Shown here: positions 18,651 through 29,198 of the stretch, one piece after another
Layout of the letters: every line of letters starts with the position of its first letter
Position numbering within the stretch: the first letter of the stretch is position 1
NCBI GenBank assembly: GCA_963663765.2
Contig: CAXXUA010000005.1
Coordinates: 1,440,001 to 1,504,000, forward strand
Origin: Candidatus Poribacteria bacterium
GTDB lineage: Bacteria; Poribacteria; WGA-4E; WGA-3G
Length of the DNA stretch: 64,000 bases
Reading direction: 5' to 3'
Notes under the pieces: model-generated
Databases searched by the model: none
What the model was told of the DNA's origin: nothing
Seen by the model: the letters and a program-made list of their open reading frames with translations, nothing else
Program-made: the position numbers and the translations under genes

Positions 18651-21600
18651 CTACGAACGTTGTTCTGGAAGTGCATACACACCTCGACGCACCTTTGTGA
18701 TTTCACCGATTTTGCTAAGTCGGTCAAGTTCATTATATATCCCTTTTGGGGTGCCTTCAATCGCTGCGATCACTTCAGCCGCTTGTTTCTCACCATCGGC
18801 GAGGAGAGCAAGGATCTGTTCACGGTATGTTACTCGTGGGATATTCCCACCGCGAAGTTGCTGCAGCAAACTGTTAGCTATCCGTGGTGAACAGCCTAAA
18901 ATACGTTCTATCTCTATTCTGCTGGTTTCCGCTGTAATATTTTCACGGTCTTTTTCGTATTGTTGACGTGTCTTAATTGTTTCGGCAAGTTTACCAATAC
19001 TCCCAGCAATCTCAAAATCTTCCCAATCAAAAAGTATCGTTTGGTGTCTATCAGTGATGTCAGGAATTTCAAGGCTACTGATTAACACAACCTTTTTGTT
19101 TGGTAAACGGTTCAACCCAGCAAGTCCAACAATCCGTGTGAGCAATTCTGTAATGTGCTGTATGTATATTCGTTGTATTCGTGGGTCTTTATAGTATTGA
19201 AAAGTTGCCTCTGCTTCGTAGCAGAGGGGTTCTTCATCATTTCCATATAACATTTGTGCATGCAGCCAAAAGACAGTCGGCTCTGTGTAGGGTGTTCCGA
19301 CGATCCAAACGACATCTGCTGCTTCAAAAGCAGCTTCCAAGTTATTCAACTTTTTAAATTCAGTTAGCAAGCAGACATTCTCTTTCTCTGCAACATCCTG
19401 CAATTGCTCTATAGCTCCATAATACGTTATGATAGCGTGCTTGACATTTGGATCCCTATCAATCTCTGCACAGATGCCGATCAGGATCCGTTCTCCCATT
19501 TTTGAGAACCCGTTTACATCCCAAGTCTTGTCGTAGTCTAACATTGTTCTGATTGAATGAATACCCGTGCGGATCTGAAAGACGGTGTTACCTTCAATCC
19601 ACGGTGTCGGGGTAATACGAATAACCTCAATGTCTTCATCAGGGAACGTTCTGTTGAAATCGGTGTTATTTTGAACTGCGGACATTAAAAGGAGTCGTTT
19701 GACTTCAGGATGTATCACGGGAGGTATCCAAAACTCCAGAACGTCAGTATGTAATACAATAGGCGCGTCAGTATCGCGTTTATAATGTGCGAAGAAACGT
19801 TTGAGTTGATGCCAGAGTGTCCACTCTGGATTGGGGTTGACTGACGAAAGTTTCTGAATGTGTTCAACTGTGGTTATGTTCAATATACCGAGTCGGTGCG
19901 CTTGTTCAATTGACAGGGGTATATTTAAGTCTTCGTTAACACGAAAGTTATTCAGTTGGACAACAGGGAGCTGCGCTGTGTTAAGTTTTTCTGCGGTGTT
20001 ATTCTCAAGTGGGATGTAGGCGGTAGCACCCCCTTCAAATTCAACCTTATAACGTGCTAATTCGTCACCGCTCTGCTTATCTATGAATCCCTGTTCAATC
20101 ACTCTCCCTTTATGTATGACCCTGCACATCTGCTCGGTAATTTCTTGTTCATACGGATCAAACGCATGCATCACCGTGCGGATGCGATTAACCAATAGGT
20201 CATCAGGTTCCGGCTTCGTTTCTAATGCGTTGCGTAATGCCTGCGCAAAATTTCCTAATGCCTTACCTTTCCAATCAGTAAACCAAGTCTCTAATTGATG
20301 CTTTGATATACCACAGCACTCAAACACACCTCTTATATTTACTTCATTAATTATACATAATGGTTCTCTGTCATTGATTGGATCAAGAATTTTTTCTAAC
20401 ATTGTCGCGGAGTTCGGGTCCAAAAATATCCGCTCATTTCCAAATAATTGTGTATTTGCTTGTTGTAATGACTTAGGTTGAGAGAGGAAGCCAGTTTTCT
20501 GACAATCTGTATAAACCGGGCATTGAGGACAGAGAATTTTCGTTGCGTTCATACCCTTTTTTGAGAGTGCTAAGAACCGCTCTGGGTCCTCACAAACATT
20601 CCCGTGTTGGAAAGGCGTTTTCATCCGAACATCAGCAGGTATTTCTTTGATCTGATCCCACAGGTAACTTACATTTCTCCAGCGCGTAATTGATGGTAGC
20701 TTGTGCTTTTGATAATGTTGTATCATGGCTTCTATTGCCCAGAAACCTGAGCTGAAAACGACTGGACCGGCATTCAGGATATACTTTTCTAATTCATAGT
20801 TGTTCATTGCTTGGGTTTCACCGGAAAGTGCAATAATACGCGCATCGCTGGTGAAAATACGTTGAATCTGCTGAATGCTTTCATCAAGCATTTCATAATT
20901 CTTTTGTGTTGCGTCTATCTTTTCAAGAACTGGTGCGGGTCGCTTAATTGCCAATGGACTTAATTTGCTTTCCCTTATAGCCAGTATCTTTTCGTTCACA
21001 GGCATCCCTGTTTCGGGTAAAGGTGGCAGAATACCTGTATCGTCCCATACATCCGTAATGAGTGTGTCTTCCGTGGGTATCCCGAGATTGGGCGAAGTTG
21101 CGCGTATCCAGACTGTCCGATCCTGTTCCCATAATAACATATATTCATCACCTTGCTGTGTTCTCCAATAGTGATAATCTCCATTTTGTTTGATATACGT
21201 ATATCCGCGTTTTAAGAACGCCTCTTTTGCGAGATCTAATTTTCGTGAACCGAAAGAGAAAGAAAAGACGTGAACCTTCTGTGTATCAGGGAACGACACC
21301 TTTGGAGCAGATGTATTCGGGTGGTGGAGTTTCTCGCGAAGCACATCAGTTGCTGCAAAGAGTATCTCTTTTGATATGATCGGTGGATTCAAGAGATCAC
21401 CGGTGACAATCTCATATCGTGCGTCCCAGGTGCTATGTCCTGTATCCCCAAGCACTTTGAGGTAGACATTTCGCTGGAAATCGTTTTGCGATATCTGTGT
21501 GTCTGTGTAGACATAAAACCGGTCCGCTTCTGTGTTTGGGTGTAAATAGTCTGGCACTCTACAGGAGAAACGTAATCCGCCCGATTTTGTGATTACCAAT

Positions 21601-22043
21601 AGTGGGTTGACAACTGCCTTGCATAACACTTGAATACACGTTAACACATCATCGGGTACATCACATATCGCTTGGTATGAAAATTCCAAATCGTGCCAGT
21701 GTGCATCTCCGCGTTGCGAAGGAATACCCGTATATACCTGAATACCCCACGATGTGTGCCATAGTCGCATACCCCAGTCTTTCCAATTCTGTCGTGTCAG
21801 GAACCGTTCGCCTCCAAAAGAGTGTGGCAGGTGATCGTGTTGATGTGCTAAGCCTATCGGCATAAGGGAGATATCAGCTTGCTCAAGGTCATAAAGATTG
21901 ACAGGGTATCTACGGGCACAAAACACTGTGAAATGGTCGAAAAGTCCTTTGTAGATCGCTGGGGATACGCGGGTCTTTTTCTGTCGCAGTGGCTTCTCGT
22001 AGCGTTTGTGGCAACGTTGAATGAGGTTTTTTAAGGAGTTCAT
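18651..22043 (-). CDS. 1130-aa protein: degenerate Prim-Pol-like N-terminus, degenerate Fe-S SF2 helicase-like region, C-terminal winged helix
   Basis: GIQVYTG..WHDLEF..TKSGGLRF; Cys cluster CEDP...CPQCPVYTDC; IINEVN; VVWIVGTP; YNELDRLSKIGEITKVRRGVYALP. Confidence 0.5.
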   Translation of the reverse strand: MNSLKNLIQRCHKRYEKPLRQKKTRVSPAIYKGLFDHFTVFCARRYPVNLYDLEQADISLMPIGLAHQHDHLPHSFGGERFLTRQNWKDWGMRLWHTSWGIQVYTGIPSQRGDAHWHDLEFSYQAICDVPDDVLTCIQVLCKAVVNPLLVITKSGGLRFSCRVPDYLHPNTEADRFYVYTDTQISQNDFQRNVYLKVLGDTGHSTWDARYEIVTGDLLNPPIISKEILFAATDVLREKLHHPNTSAPKVSFPDTQKVHVFSFSFGSRKLDLAKEAFLKRGYTYIKQNGDYHYWRTQQGDEYMLLWEQDRTVWIRATSPNLGIPTEDTLITDVWDDTGILPPLPETGMPVNEKILAIRESKLSPLAIKRPAPVLEKIDATQKNYEMLDESIQQIQRIFTSDARIIALSGETQAMNNYELEKYILNAGPVVFSSGFWAIEAMIQHYQKHKLPSITRWRNVSYLWDQIKEIPADVRMKTPFQHGNVCEDPERFLALSKKGMNATKILCPQCPVYTDCQKTGFLSQPKSLQQANTQLFGNERIFLDPNSATMLEKILDPINDREPLCIINEVNIRGVFECCGISKHQLETWFTDWKGKALGNFAQALRNALETKPEPDDLLVNRIRTVMHAFDPYEQEITEQMCRVIHKGRVIEQGFIDKQSGDELARYKVEFEGGATAYIPLENNTAEKLNTAQLPVVQLNNFRVNEDLNIPLSIEQAHRLGILNITTVEHIQKLSSVNPNPEWTLWHQLKRFFAHYKRDTDAPIVLHTDVLEFWIPPVIHPEVKRLLLMSAVQNNTDFNRTFPDEDIEVIRITPTPWIEGNTVFQIRTGIHSIRTMLDYDKTWDVNGFSKMGERILIGICAEIDRDPNVKHAIITYYGAIEQLQDVAEKENVCLLTEFKKLNNLEAAFEAADVVWIVGTPYTEPTVFWLHAQMLYGNDEEPLCYEAEATFQYYKDPRIQRIYIQHITELLTRIVGLAGLNRLPNKKVVLISSLEIPDITDRHQTILFDWEDFEIAGSIGKLAETIKTRQQYEKDRENITAETSRIEIERILGCSPRIANSLLQQLRGGNIPRVTYREQILALLADGEKQAAEVIAAIEGTPKGIYNELDRLSKIGEITKVRRGVYALPEQRS

Positions 22044-22403
22044 ATTGTCTCAACCCTTCGGTAAAGTAGTTAATACATCCTACCACAAATTCAGAATTTA
22101 TTCCATTTGGGCTGAACCTGAGGTGTGTAATATCTTGCACAAAATTTCTCAATATCTATTGTAGGTCAAGGTCACTGGTTTTACGCGTCATGATATGTAA
22201 CACGAAACAAGGACGGACACTAAATTATTTAACTTGTTTTTTTTATTTTAATATCGTATAATTCCATATTAAGTTTAACATATATATATTATGTTAATAA
22301 CATATATAGTTTCTTAATATGTAATAAATTAATGTGGTTTCAAAAAAACGAAAATAACCCAACAAAACATAACACATCAATCCAATAGATAAGGAATAAT
22401 CGC

Positions 22404-24893
22404 ATGAAATACAATAGAAAATACATTCACATTCCCTTCATTTTGGTCCTGCTATTTTTCTGCACATGGACTCCGCAGCAAACCTTTTCCGAACAAACCA
22501 AAATACAGATAAATGATGTCTTAGTCAAAAAAGCAAAAGCATCTACAGTCCGAAGAAAATACATTCACATTCCCTTCATTTTGGTCCTGCTATTTTTCTG
22601 CACATGGACTCCGCAGCAAACCTTTTCCGAACAAACCAAAATACAGATAAATGATGTCTTAGTCAAAAAAGCAAAAGCATCTACAGTCCGAATTATTGCT
22701 GGAATTACTGCTGGTGATTTAAGGTCAATCTGGTCTGGCACTGGGTTTTTCGTCAGTCCTGACAAGATTGTGACAAATCTCCATGTCATCATAGAACCAG
22801 GGTCGATTTTCGCAAAACAGGACGATAATGATACAATCTGGGTAATTGAAGGCGTTTCCGCCTATGATATGAAACACGACCTTGCTATCCTAAAAGTTAC
22901 GAGAGAAGGAATTCCACTTCCACTGGGAGATAGCGATACTATAAAAACTGATGACCCCGTTTACGCTTCCATGTATCCCAGTGGGAAACAATATACGATA
23001 ACAGCCGGTATTATACACAAATCAGAAAAAGAATTCCTTGTGACATCAGCAGAGAGTTTTAAAGGCAGCAGCGGTTGTCCCATGCTAAATGACGCAGCTG
23101 AAGTCATCGGAGTTAATTTCGGCGTAAGAGGCAATCACACTCTCGCCATCCCTTCAAACATTCTCAAAACATTACTCTCTCAGGAAAAAGAAACAGTGCC
23201 ATTAGTCCAATGGTACAAACAAGACGATATCCGTGCTTATGTCATTTTCCAACGGGCTCATGATAAATATGAAACAAATGACTACGAAGGTTCAATCAAA
23301 GATTTTACTGAATTGATAGAGTTTAATCCCAACTTCTTGAGTGCATACTATTTACGAGGAGACTTATACTCCTATCAAGCAGAAATTGAAGCACAACAGG
23401 GAAGAATGGAAAAAGCACATAAACATTTTCAGGATTCCATAGCAGACTATACTGCCGCAATTGAATTAGACCCAAAAGAAGATACTGCATATAGATTTCG
23501 TGGACTTGTCCATACACATTACGGTGAAGCTGAAGCTGAAATACACAACTACAATGCAGCTCAAATACTATATAAAACAGCAATAATTGATTACAATCAA
23601 GCTATAACCTTAGACCCAGAAGACGATGAAAACTATGCTGGACGTGGTAGGACAAAATACCTATTTGCGCAATCCCATGTTGAAGAAAAGAACTTGAACA
23701 CTGCACAAAAACTTTACGAAGAAGCAATTGACGATATAAATGAAGCTATAAGACGAGATCCAAGAGATGTTAAGAACTACAAAAAACGCGGCTGGGCAAA
23801 ATACCTACTCGGAAAACTCCATACTTCACAAGGCAACGATGCCGATGCAAAGAAAAACTACCAAGCAGCAATAATTGATGCTGACAAAGCAATTGAATTA
23901 AACGCCGAAGTAGCATACATCTATCATACGCGTGGAGCAGCAAAGGCTGCACTCAGTGACTATCATGGTGCCATTGAAGATTTTGATGCTGCACTAAATA
24001 TAAAACCTGATGATCAAGACTTTTATACTGACCGTGCCAAAGCAAAAGAAGCACTCGGAAAACTTGATGAGGCAAAAGCAGATTTCACAAAAGCCAAGCA
24101 GGCTATAGGTCAAGGTGTAACCTCTACTAAAGAGATAAACAAAGCAGCAAAAGAGATGGTACGCATACCCGCAGGTGAGTTCCAGATGGGAAGCAACAAA
24201 GTAAACGACGCATCACCCGAACATAAAGTTTATCTTGACGAGTTCCTTATCGATGCTTATGAAGTGACTAATGCTCAGTTCAAAATGTTCATTGACGCGA
24301 ACCCCGATTGGAGTAAAAATAACATTCCGCGCAAATATCATAATGGACGTTATCTAAGGTTCTGGGATGGTGATAACTATCCTAAAGGAAAAGAGAACCA
24401 TCCGGTTGTATATGTGAGTTGGTATGCAGCGATGGCTTATGCAAATTGGGTAGGGAAAAGGTTACCAACGGAAGCAGAATGGGAAAAGGCTGCTCGCGGT
24501 GGCAAAATAGGTCAACGGTATGTGTGGGGTAAACATCGCGATCCCAGCAAAGCAAATTATGGGTATTTTGACACAAATACCTTACCCGTTGGAACTTATC
24601 TACCAAATGATTACGGTCTATATGACATGGGCGGCAATGTTTGGGAATTATGCTTGGATCAATACGACAGAAAGTTCTATAGTCAATCTCCAAAAAAGAA
24701 CCCTATTGCTGGGGATCCCAGTATGCAAGAATTAATGGAAAATTACCTGACGATTCGTGCTCCCCGAGTATCCCGTGGGGGGTCGTGGAACACACCAGGT
24801 CCAGCAAAAACCGCAGACCGTGAAAGCAATAGACCACATAATACCAATGGCTGGCAGGGGTTCCGATGTGCTAAAAGCATTCCCACAGAGTAG
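22404..24893 (+). CDS. Secreted trypsin-like protease + TPR repeats + FGE-sulfatase (SUMF1) domain
   Basis: TNLHV / HDLAILK / GSSGCP triad; many TPRs; IPAGEFQMG, EVTNAQF, RLPTEAEWEKAARG, GNVWE, RGGSW, GFRC. Confidence 0.9.
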   Translation: MKYNRKYIHIPFILVLLFFCTWTPQQTFSEQTKIQINDVLVKKAKASTVRRKYIHIPFILVLLFFCTWTPQQTFSEQTKIQINDVLVKKAKASTVRIIAGITAGDLRSIWSGTGFFVSPDKIVTNLHVIIEPGSIFAKQDDNDTIWVIEGVSAYDMKHDLAILKVTREGIPLPLGDSDTIKTDDPVYASMYPSGKQYTITAGIIHKSEKEFLVTSAESFKGSSGCPMLNDAAEVIGVNFGVRGNHTLAIPSNILKTLLSQEKETVPLVQWYKQDDIRAYVIFQRAHDKYETNDYEGSIKDFTELIEFNPNFLSAYYLRGDLYSYQAEIEAQQGRMEKAHKHFQDSIADYTAAIELDPKEDTAYRFRGLVHTHYGEAEAEIHNYNAAQILYKTAIIDYNQAITLDPEDDENYAGRGRTKYLFAQSHVEEKNLNTAQKLYEEAIDDINEAIRRDPRDVKNYKKRGWAKYLLGKLHTSQGNDADAKKNYQAAIIDADKAIELNAEVAYIYHTRGAAKAALSDYHGAIEDFDAALNIKPDDQDFYTDRAKAKEALGKLDEAKADFTKAKQAIGQGVTSTKEINKAAKEMVRIPAGEFQMGSNKVNDASPEHKVYLDEFLIDAYEVTNAQFKMFIDANPDWSKNNIPRKYHNGRYLRFWDGDNYPKGKENHPVVYVSWYAAMAYANWVGKRLPTEAEWEKAARGGKIGQRYVWGKHRDPSKANYGYFDTNTLPVGTYLPNDYGLYDMGGNVWELCLDQYDRKFYSQSPKKNPIAGDPSMQELMENYLTIRAPRVSRGGSWNTPGPAKTADRESNRPHNTNGWQGFRCAKSIPTE
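22416..22691 (+). repeat. Perfect 138-bp in-frame tandem duplication
   Basis: 22416-22553 equals 22554-22691 (46 codons including the signal peptide). Confidence 0.95.
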
Positions 24894-24945
24894 CGTGTCT
24901 GATCAGCTACCTTCCCAATAATGAAGCATCACATTAAGGGAAAAA

Positions 24946-25046
24946 ATGAGATATTTTGAAACACGAGATCCAGTTTATCCGGAAGACAGTTATGCTGTTC
25001 CACGAACTGATGAACTCGCAGATTTCATTTATCGTATAGAAAAAGG
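24946..25046 (+). pseudogene. Truncated N-terminus, probably of an AAA-type ATPase
   Basis: MRYFETRDPVYPEDSYAVPRTDELADFIYRIEKG resembles the pre-Walker A start of AAA-like proteins; fused to transposase remnant. Confidence 0.4.
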
Positions 25047-25417
25047 TAGTTATCAAACGCTAAGCGACAAGTCGGACATTCGGTTCTCTTGTGCTTCTCT
25101 TTTTTTTAGATATGGGCAAAATCCGAACGATGCTGGTATTCGGTAAATCCTTACGGGCGTGTGAGATACTCAGGATTTGGTCTCAACACTACGGGATAGA
25201 ACAATTTTGGCGACACCTAAAAATAGATTTGAAACTATCAAAAATAGGATTACGGAATCAGCAAGGGGCGTATGCCAGATTAGGTATAAAAGTGTTGAGC
25301 TATCTCCTATTACAAAATATGAGTCGTTTGCAACACAAAACATTTCATCAAATACAACTTGAACTTACAGAAAAAAGAAAGTTGTTGATAGAACTAAAAA
25401 AGCATTTTCATGAATAA
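25046..25417 (+). pseudogene. DDE transposase, C-terminal fragment
   Basis: WSQHYGIEQFWRHLK (YREK-like catalytic E region); in-frame stop upstream; right TIR TGAGAAATATCAG at 25460-25472. Confidence 0.75.
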
Positions 25418-25689
25418 ATACCAACTAAACACTGATAAACATTGAAATCTCAAGAACTTTGAGAAATATCAGATATCTATTTATTAATCTTCATTTAGTT
25501 TGTGACCTATGCAGCTTTATTTTTAACTAACGGAAATATGACAAATATTTGGTGAATTGTTGAAATAATTATACACTTCTAGTAGATAGTCCATACTAAA
25601 AGTTTGTATTTATTTTTTTGTTTCTTAGTATCTTGACAAACAAGAGTTTTTCTCTTATAGTATAGCAAAACTTAAGGAGGAACACAACC

Positions 25690-26133
25690 TTGACTAAGAA
25701 ATATGTTGTAAAACTCACTGATTCGGAGCGGCAGGAGTTGTTAGATTGTATAAACACAGGTAAAAAAGAGGCGTATAAGATAAGGAATGCTCATATTTTG
25801 CTGAAATCAGATGTCAATGGTCCCGGTTGGACTGATGGGAAAATAGCTGAAGCGTATGAGTGCACTGATAGGACAGTCGCGAAAGTGCGTAAGCGTTTTG
25901 CTGTAGGTGGTTTTTCTCGTGTCTTATTTCGTGCTAAGCGAGAGCATCCTCCCACACCTCGTAAACTTGATGGTGAAGCTGAAGCACGCTTGATAGCACT
26001 GAGTTGTAGCGAACCTCCCGAAGGTGCTGCTAAATGGACTTTACGCCTACTTGCGTCAGAATTGGTAAGACTTGAAATCGTGGAAAGCATTTCTCCAGAA
26101 ACGGTAAGACAGACACTAAAAAAAACGCTTTGA
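25690..26133 (+). CDS. IS630 transposase ORF A (HTH)
   Basis: KLDGEAEARLIALSCSEPPEG..WTLRLLA; ends at an A8 slippery run. Confidence 0.9.
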   Translation: MTKKYVVKLTDSERQELLDCINTGKKEAYKIRNAHILLKSDVNGPGWTDGKIAEAYECTDRTVAKVRKRFAVGGFSRVLFRAKREHPPTPRKLDGEAEARLIALSCSEPPEGAAKWTLRLLASELVRLEIVESISPETVRQTLKKTL

Positions 26134-26816
26134 AGCCGCACCTTCAGCAACAGTGGGTGATTCCCCCTGAAAAAGATGCTGAGTTTGTAAAGTCGATGGA
26201 AGAAGTGCTTGATCTTTACCAGAAACCTTTAGATACAGAAATACCTGTTGTGAACATGGACGAACAATCTGTCACGCTTAGGGATGATGTTCGGGATCCG
26301 CATCCTGTGAAACCGGGGCAAGTCAAGCGTGTAGATAATGAGTATAAACGCAAAGGCACGGCAAATATCTTCCTATTCACAGAAGCATTATCGGGATGGA
26401 GGCGTGTGTCTGTTCGGACGCGCAGAAAGGCAGAGGATTGGGCAGAAGAAGTAAAAATACTATTGGATCAGGACTACTCATCAGCAAAAAGTGTGATTTT
26501 AGTTTGTGACAACCTGAATATACACAAACTTTCGACGCTCAATAAAGTGTTTGGAGATGAGGAAGCAAATAGGTTGCGTAAGCGTTTAGAAATCGTGCAT
26601 ACGCCAGTACATGGAAGTTGGTTGAATATAGCGGAAATAGAACTGAGTGTCCTTACGCGTCAATGTTTGTGTCGGCGTATCCCAGATATAGAGACACTCC
26701 ATAGAGAGACACAAGCCTGGCAAAAACGGCGAAATGCAGAGCAAAAGCAGGTAAACTGGCAATTTACAACGGACGATGCACGCGTACGATTAAAACATCT
26801 ATACCCGAACAATTAG
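26130..26816 (+). CDS. IS630 transposase ORF B (DDE), likely joined to ORF A by -1 frameshift
   Basis: NMDE, LVCDNLNIH, HTPVHGSWLNIAEIE; CTAAAAAAAACG at ~26117-26128. Confidence 0.9.
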   Translation: MKPHLQQQWVIPPEKDAEFVKSMEEVLDLYQKPLDTEIPVVNMDEQSVTLRDDVRDPHPVKPGQVKRVDNEYKRKGTANIFLFTEALSGWRRVSVRTRRKAEDWAEEVKILLDQDYSSAKSVILVCDNLNIHKLSTLNKVFGDEEANRLRKRLEIVHTPVHGSWLNIAEIELSVLTRQCLCRRIPDIETLHRETQAWQKRRNAEQKQVNWQFTTDDARVRLKHLYPNN

Positions 26817-26830
26817 AATGGACTATCTAC

Positions 26831-27945
26831 TAGAGACAGAAACGGAAGCGCTTCGAAGTAAGCTTGGAGAATCTTATCCTTCAGGTGTCCCACCGACAAC
26901 CAATTCGCGTATATCCTACATACAAAGTGTAACGATTGGACATGAAATCGGACATGGTGTCGGACTTTTCCATCCGTTTGATCCTATCTCAAGCACTAAG
27001 AGACCTGCTATCACTCGTCCACGCTATCATGATCGTCTTAGATATAATTCCGTTTTATGCCAGTATGAGACAGGGCGTATTGATCGCGCACCATCAGAAC
27101 GGCATAGTTATCCACGGTGTCAACAAGGTTTTTCTACTTGGGATTCTGGTACCACAATCATGGATTACGGTTCAGAAACAGCGATAATCGGTTATATTGG
27201 CAGTTCCAATAATCGTTATTCAGGATCATCTGCAGCATACTTAGTGATATTTCTGCAATCTACCACATATCTTAGCAGTATTCATGATGTTGAATATATG
27301 TTTGTGAGTCCAAGCGTTGCAGCAGCACATCTTGCGAAACCGCTACCGAATCCGCGTCGTAAAACTAAACCACAGTGGACATCATCATCAACAGATGACA
27401 CAGGAACAGATACTCAAGGCACAAACACCACACCGCCAGATCAACCGTATGGTTTGTCTTATTCAATTGTAGATGGTCAATTCCGTCTTTTATGGTCCGA
27501 TGATGGCGGTACGGTTACCAGTTTCGAATATCAGTATCGTGAAAATGGTGGAAGTTGGAGTTCGTGGTTATCCGCGGGGTCAAGCACATTTATTGATCTA
27601 CTGAATTTAGTAAACGGAACGACTTATCAGTTTCAGGTACGTGCAATGAATGGTACACTTGTAATTGCTATATCTGATACTTTTGAAGTGAGAGTGCCGA
27701 CAGTGCCAGATGCACCGACAATTACGCGAGTCGACTCAGGCGATGGTCAGGTGAATATAAACTGGACAACTCCAAGTAATAATGGTGGTTCTGACATTAC
27801 TGATTACGAATACCAATATCGTGAGAGCAATGGTGGCACTTGGGAAGCTTGGACATCGTTTGGAGACCTTTTCACCAGCACAAGTGAAGATATTGCGGGT
27901 TAACGAATGGTACTGCGTATGAGTTCAGGTGCGCGCTGTCAATAG
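26831..27945 (+). pseudogene. Zinc metalloprotease (HExxHxxGxxH) + FN3 gene remnant
   Basis: GHEIGHGVGLFH and two FN3 domains; the annotated ATG lies in the IS630 TIR; 1-nt deletions at ~27900 and ~27925 relative to the copy at 30077-30590. Confidence 0.75.
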
Positions 27946-28286
27946 CGTGGGGAGAATGCTACACAGCAAAACGCTTGCCCACTGTACGTATTAATGTTAA
28001 AATTAGTGATGATGTGTTATTGAAGGATGAGTCTCTCACAATGGCAAACTGAGTAACTATGTCTATCAGTTAGTCGGTGGGATTCGTTCTGCTATCGAAA
28101 ATTGTGGCACGCCTGATATTGAGTCGTTACGTAGAGATGTCCAATTTGTCCGCATGTCAGGCAGTGGTTATTGAGAAAGTCATCCGCACGATATTGATAT
28201 TACTGAGGAAGCACCGAACTATACAGTTGCGAAGCTGAACACATAAACTGCTATGACTCAACAACTCAAACAATAGGAGAACTACA

Positions 28287-29198
28287 ATTAAACTTCGGAT
28301 TGAACACTTTACTTATTTACTCATACTCGCTGTTTTTTTCTTGGCAGGCTGCAGTGGCTGTGGTGTGAAAAACGCAAAGCATCACGGTGTTGATACAACA
28401 ACAAAGGACCCATTGTTAGGGGATGCTGGAGAAATACCTTTGTCCGCATCACAAACCAAACTTGTTGAACCTCGAACGCCAGACAGTTATCAGGGTGACC
28501 CATACTTTTATAGTCACAACATAATATATGACGAGTGGCTCAGCACAAATGGACACGATGGGCAATATTCTCTCCCGATACTTCCAAATCATATACAACA
28601 GCAAATTCATGATATAAATGTTTGGACTGATGAAGATGGTCAGCTGCGGACGAAAGCGGGACCTATAACAAAAGAAGAACATATACGTTTGGAGCTTGAC
28701 ATCATAGATCGAGTTTTTACGACAGATTTAGATATGGCAAAATATCTTTTCGTTGTTGATTTGTATGACAGAAAATATGTGCAGGAATATGTTCAGAAGG
28801 CACTTGACAAAAATCCGAATGACTATAATACACTTTATGTGTGGACAGAAGCACAAACAGACCCCGATAAGATCGTGGAAGGGTGTCGCAAGTTGTTGGC
28901 ACAAAACCCGAATTCTGCACATGTGCTGTGGCGCATAGGGGTAACACTTGTGTATGATGGGAAACATCAAAACGAAATTGAAGAAGGCATCGGACACCTT
29001 AAAAGGTCAGCAGCAATAACCCCTGTTCTATATAAAGGTGCCGCTTTTATCTATTTAGGGGAGGCGTATCTAAAACTCAAGGATACACTCAAAGCATTGG
29101 AAGCCTACAAGCGTGCCAAAAACATTTACCATACATCGTCTCGTCAACATATTATAGACAGCATAGAGAACAGAATTGAGAAAGGAGAACAGCCATGA
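28287..29198 (+). CDS. TPR lipoprotein with apparent ATT start
   Basis: AGGAGA-6 nt-ATT then KLRIEHFTYLLILAVFFLAG-C lipobox, in frame with the 28341 ORF; C-terminal TPRs. Confidence 0.65.
   Translation: MKLRIEHFTYLLILAVFFLAGCSGCGVKNAKHHGVDTTTKDPLLGDAGEIPLSASQTKLVEPRTPDSYQGDPYFYSHNIIYDEWLSTNGHDGQYSLPILPNHIQQQIHDINVWTDEDGQLRTKAGPITKEEHIRLELDIIDRVFTTDLDMAKYLFVVDLYDRKYVQEYVQKALDKNPNDYNTLYVWTEAQTDPDKIVEGCRKLLAQNPNSAHVLWRIGVTLVYDGKHQNEIEEGIGHLKRSAAITPVLYKGAAFIYLGEAYLKLKDTLKALEAYKRAKNIYHTSSRQHIIDSIENRIEKGEQP

Larger units (their letters stand above)
25582..26830 (+). mobile_element. IS630-family insertion sequence
   Basis: TIR GTAGATAGTCCAT...ATGGACTATCTAC flanked by TA on both sides; internal TTGACA-17-TATAGT promoter at 25633-25661. 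Confidence 0.93.

Noticed and set aside
26818-26832. True start of the 361-aa ORF
   Set aside because: MDYLL derives from the IS630 right TIR. The frame left of the IS hits a stop within 7 codons, so this is a remnant.
27895-27930. Programmed frameshifting or phase variation
   Set aside because: Single-base losses in short G and C runs relative to the second copy (similar to the one at ~153) are equally explained by decay or long-read homopolymer error.
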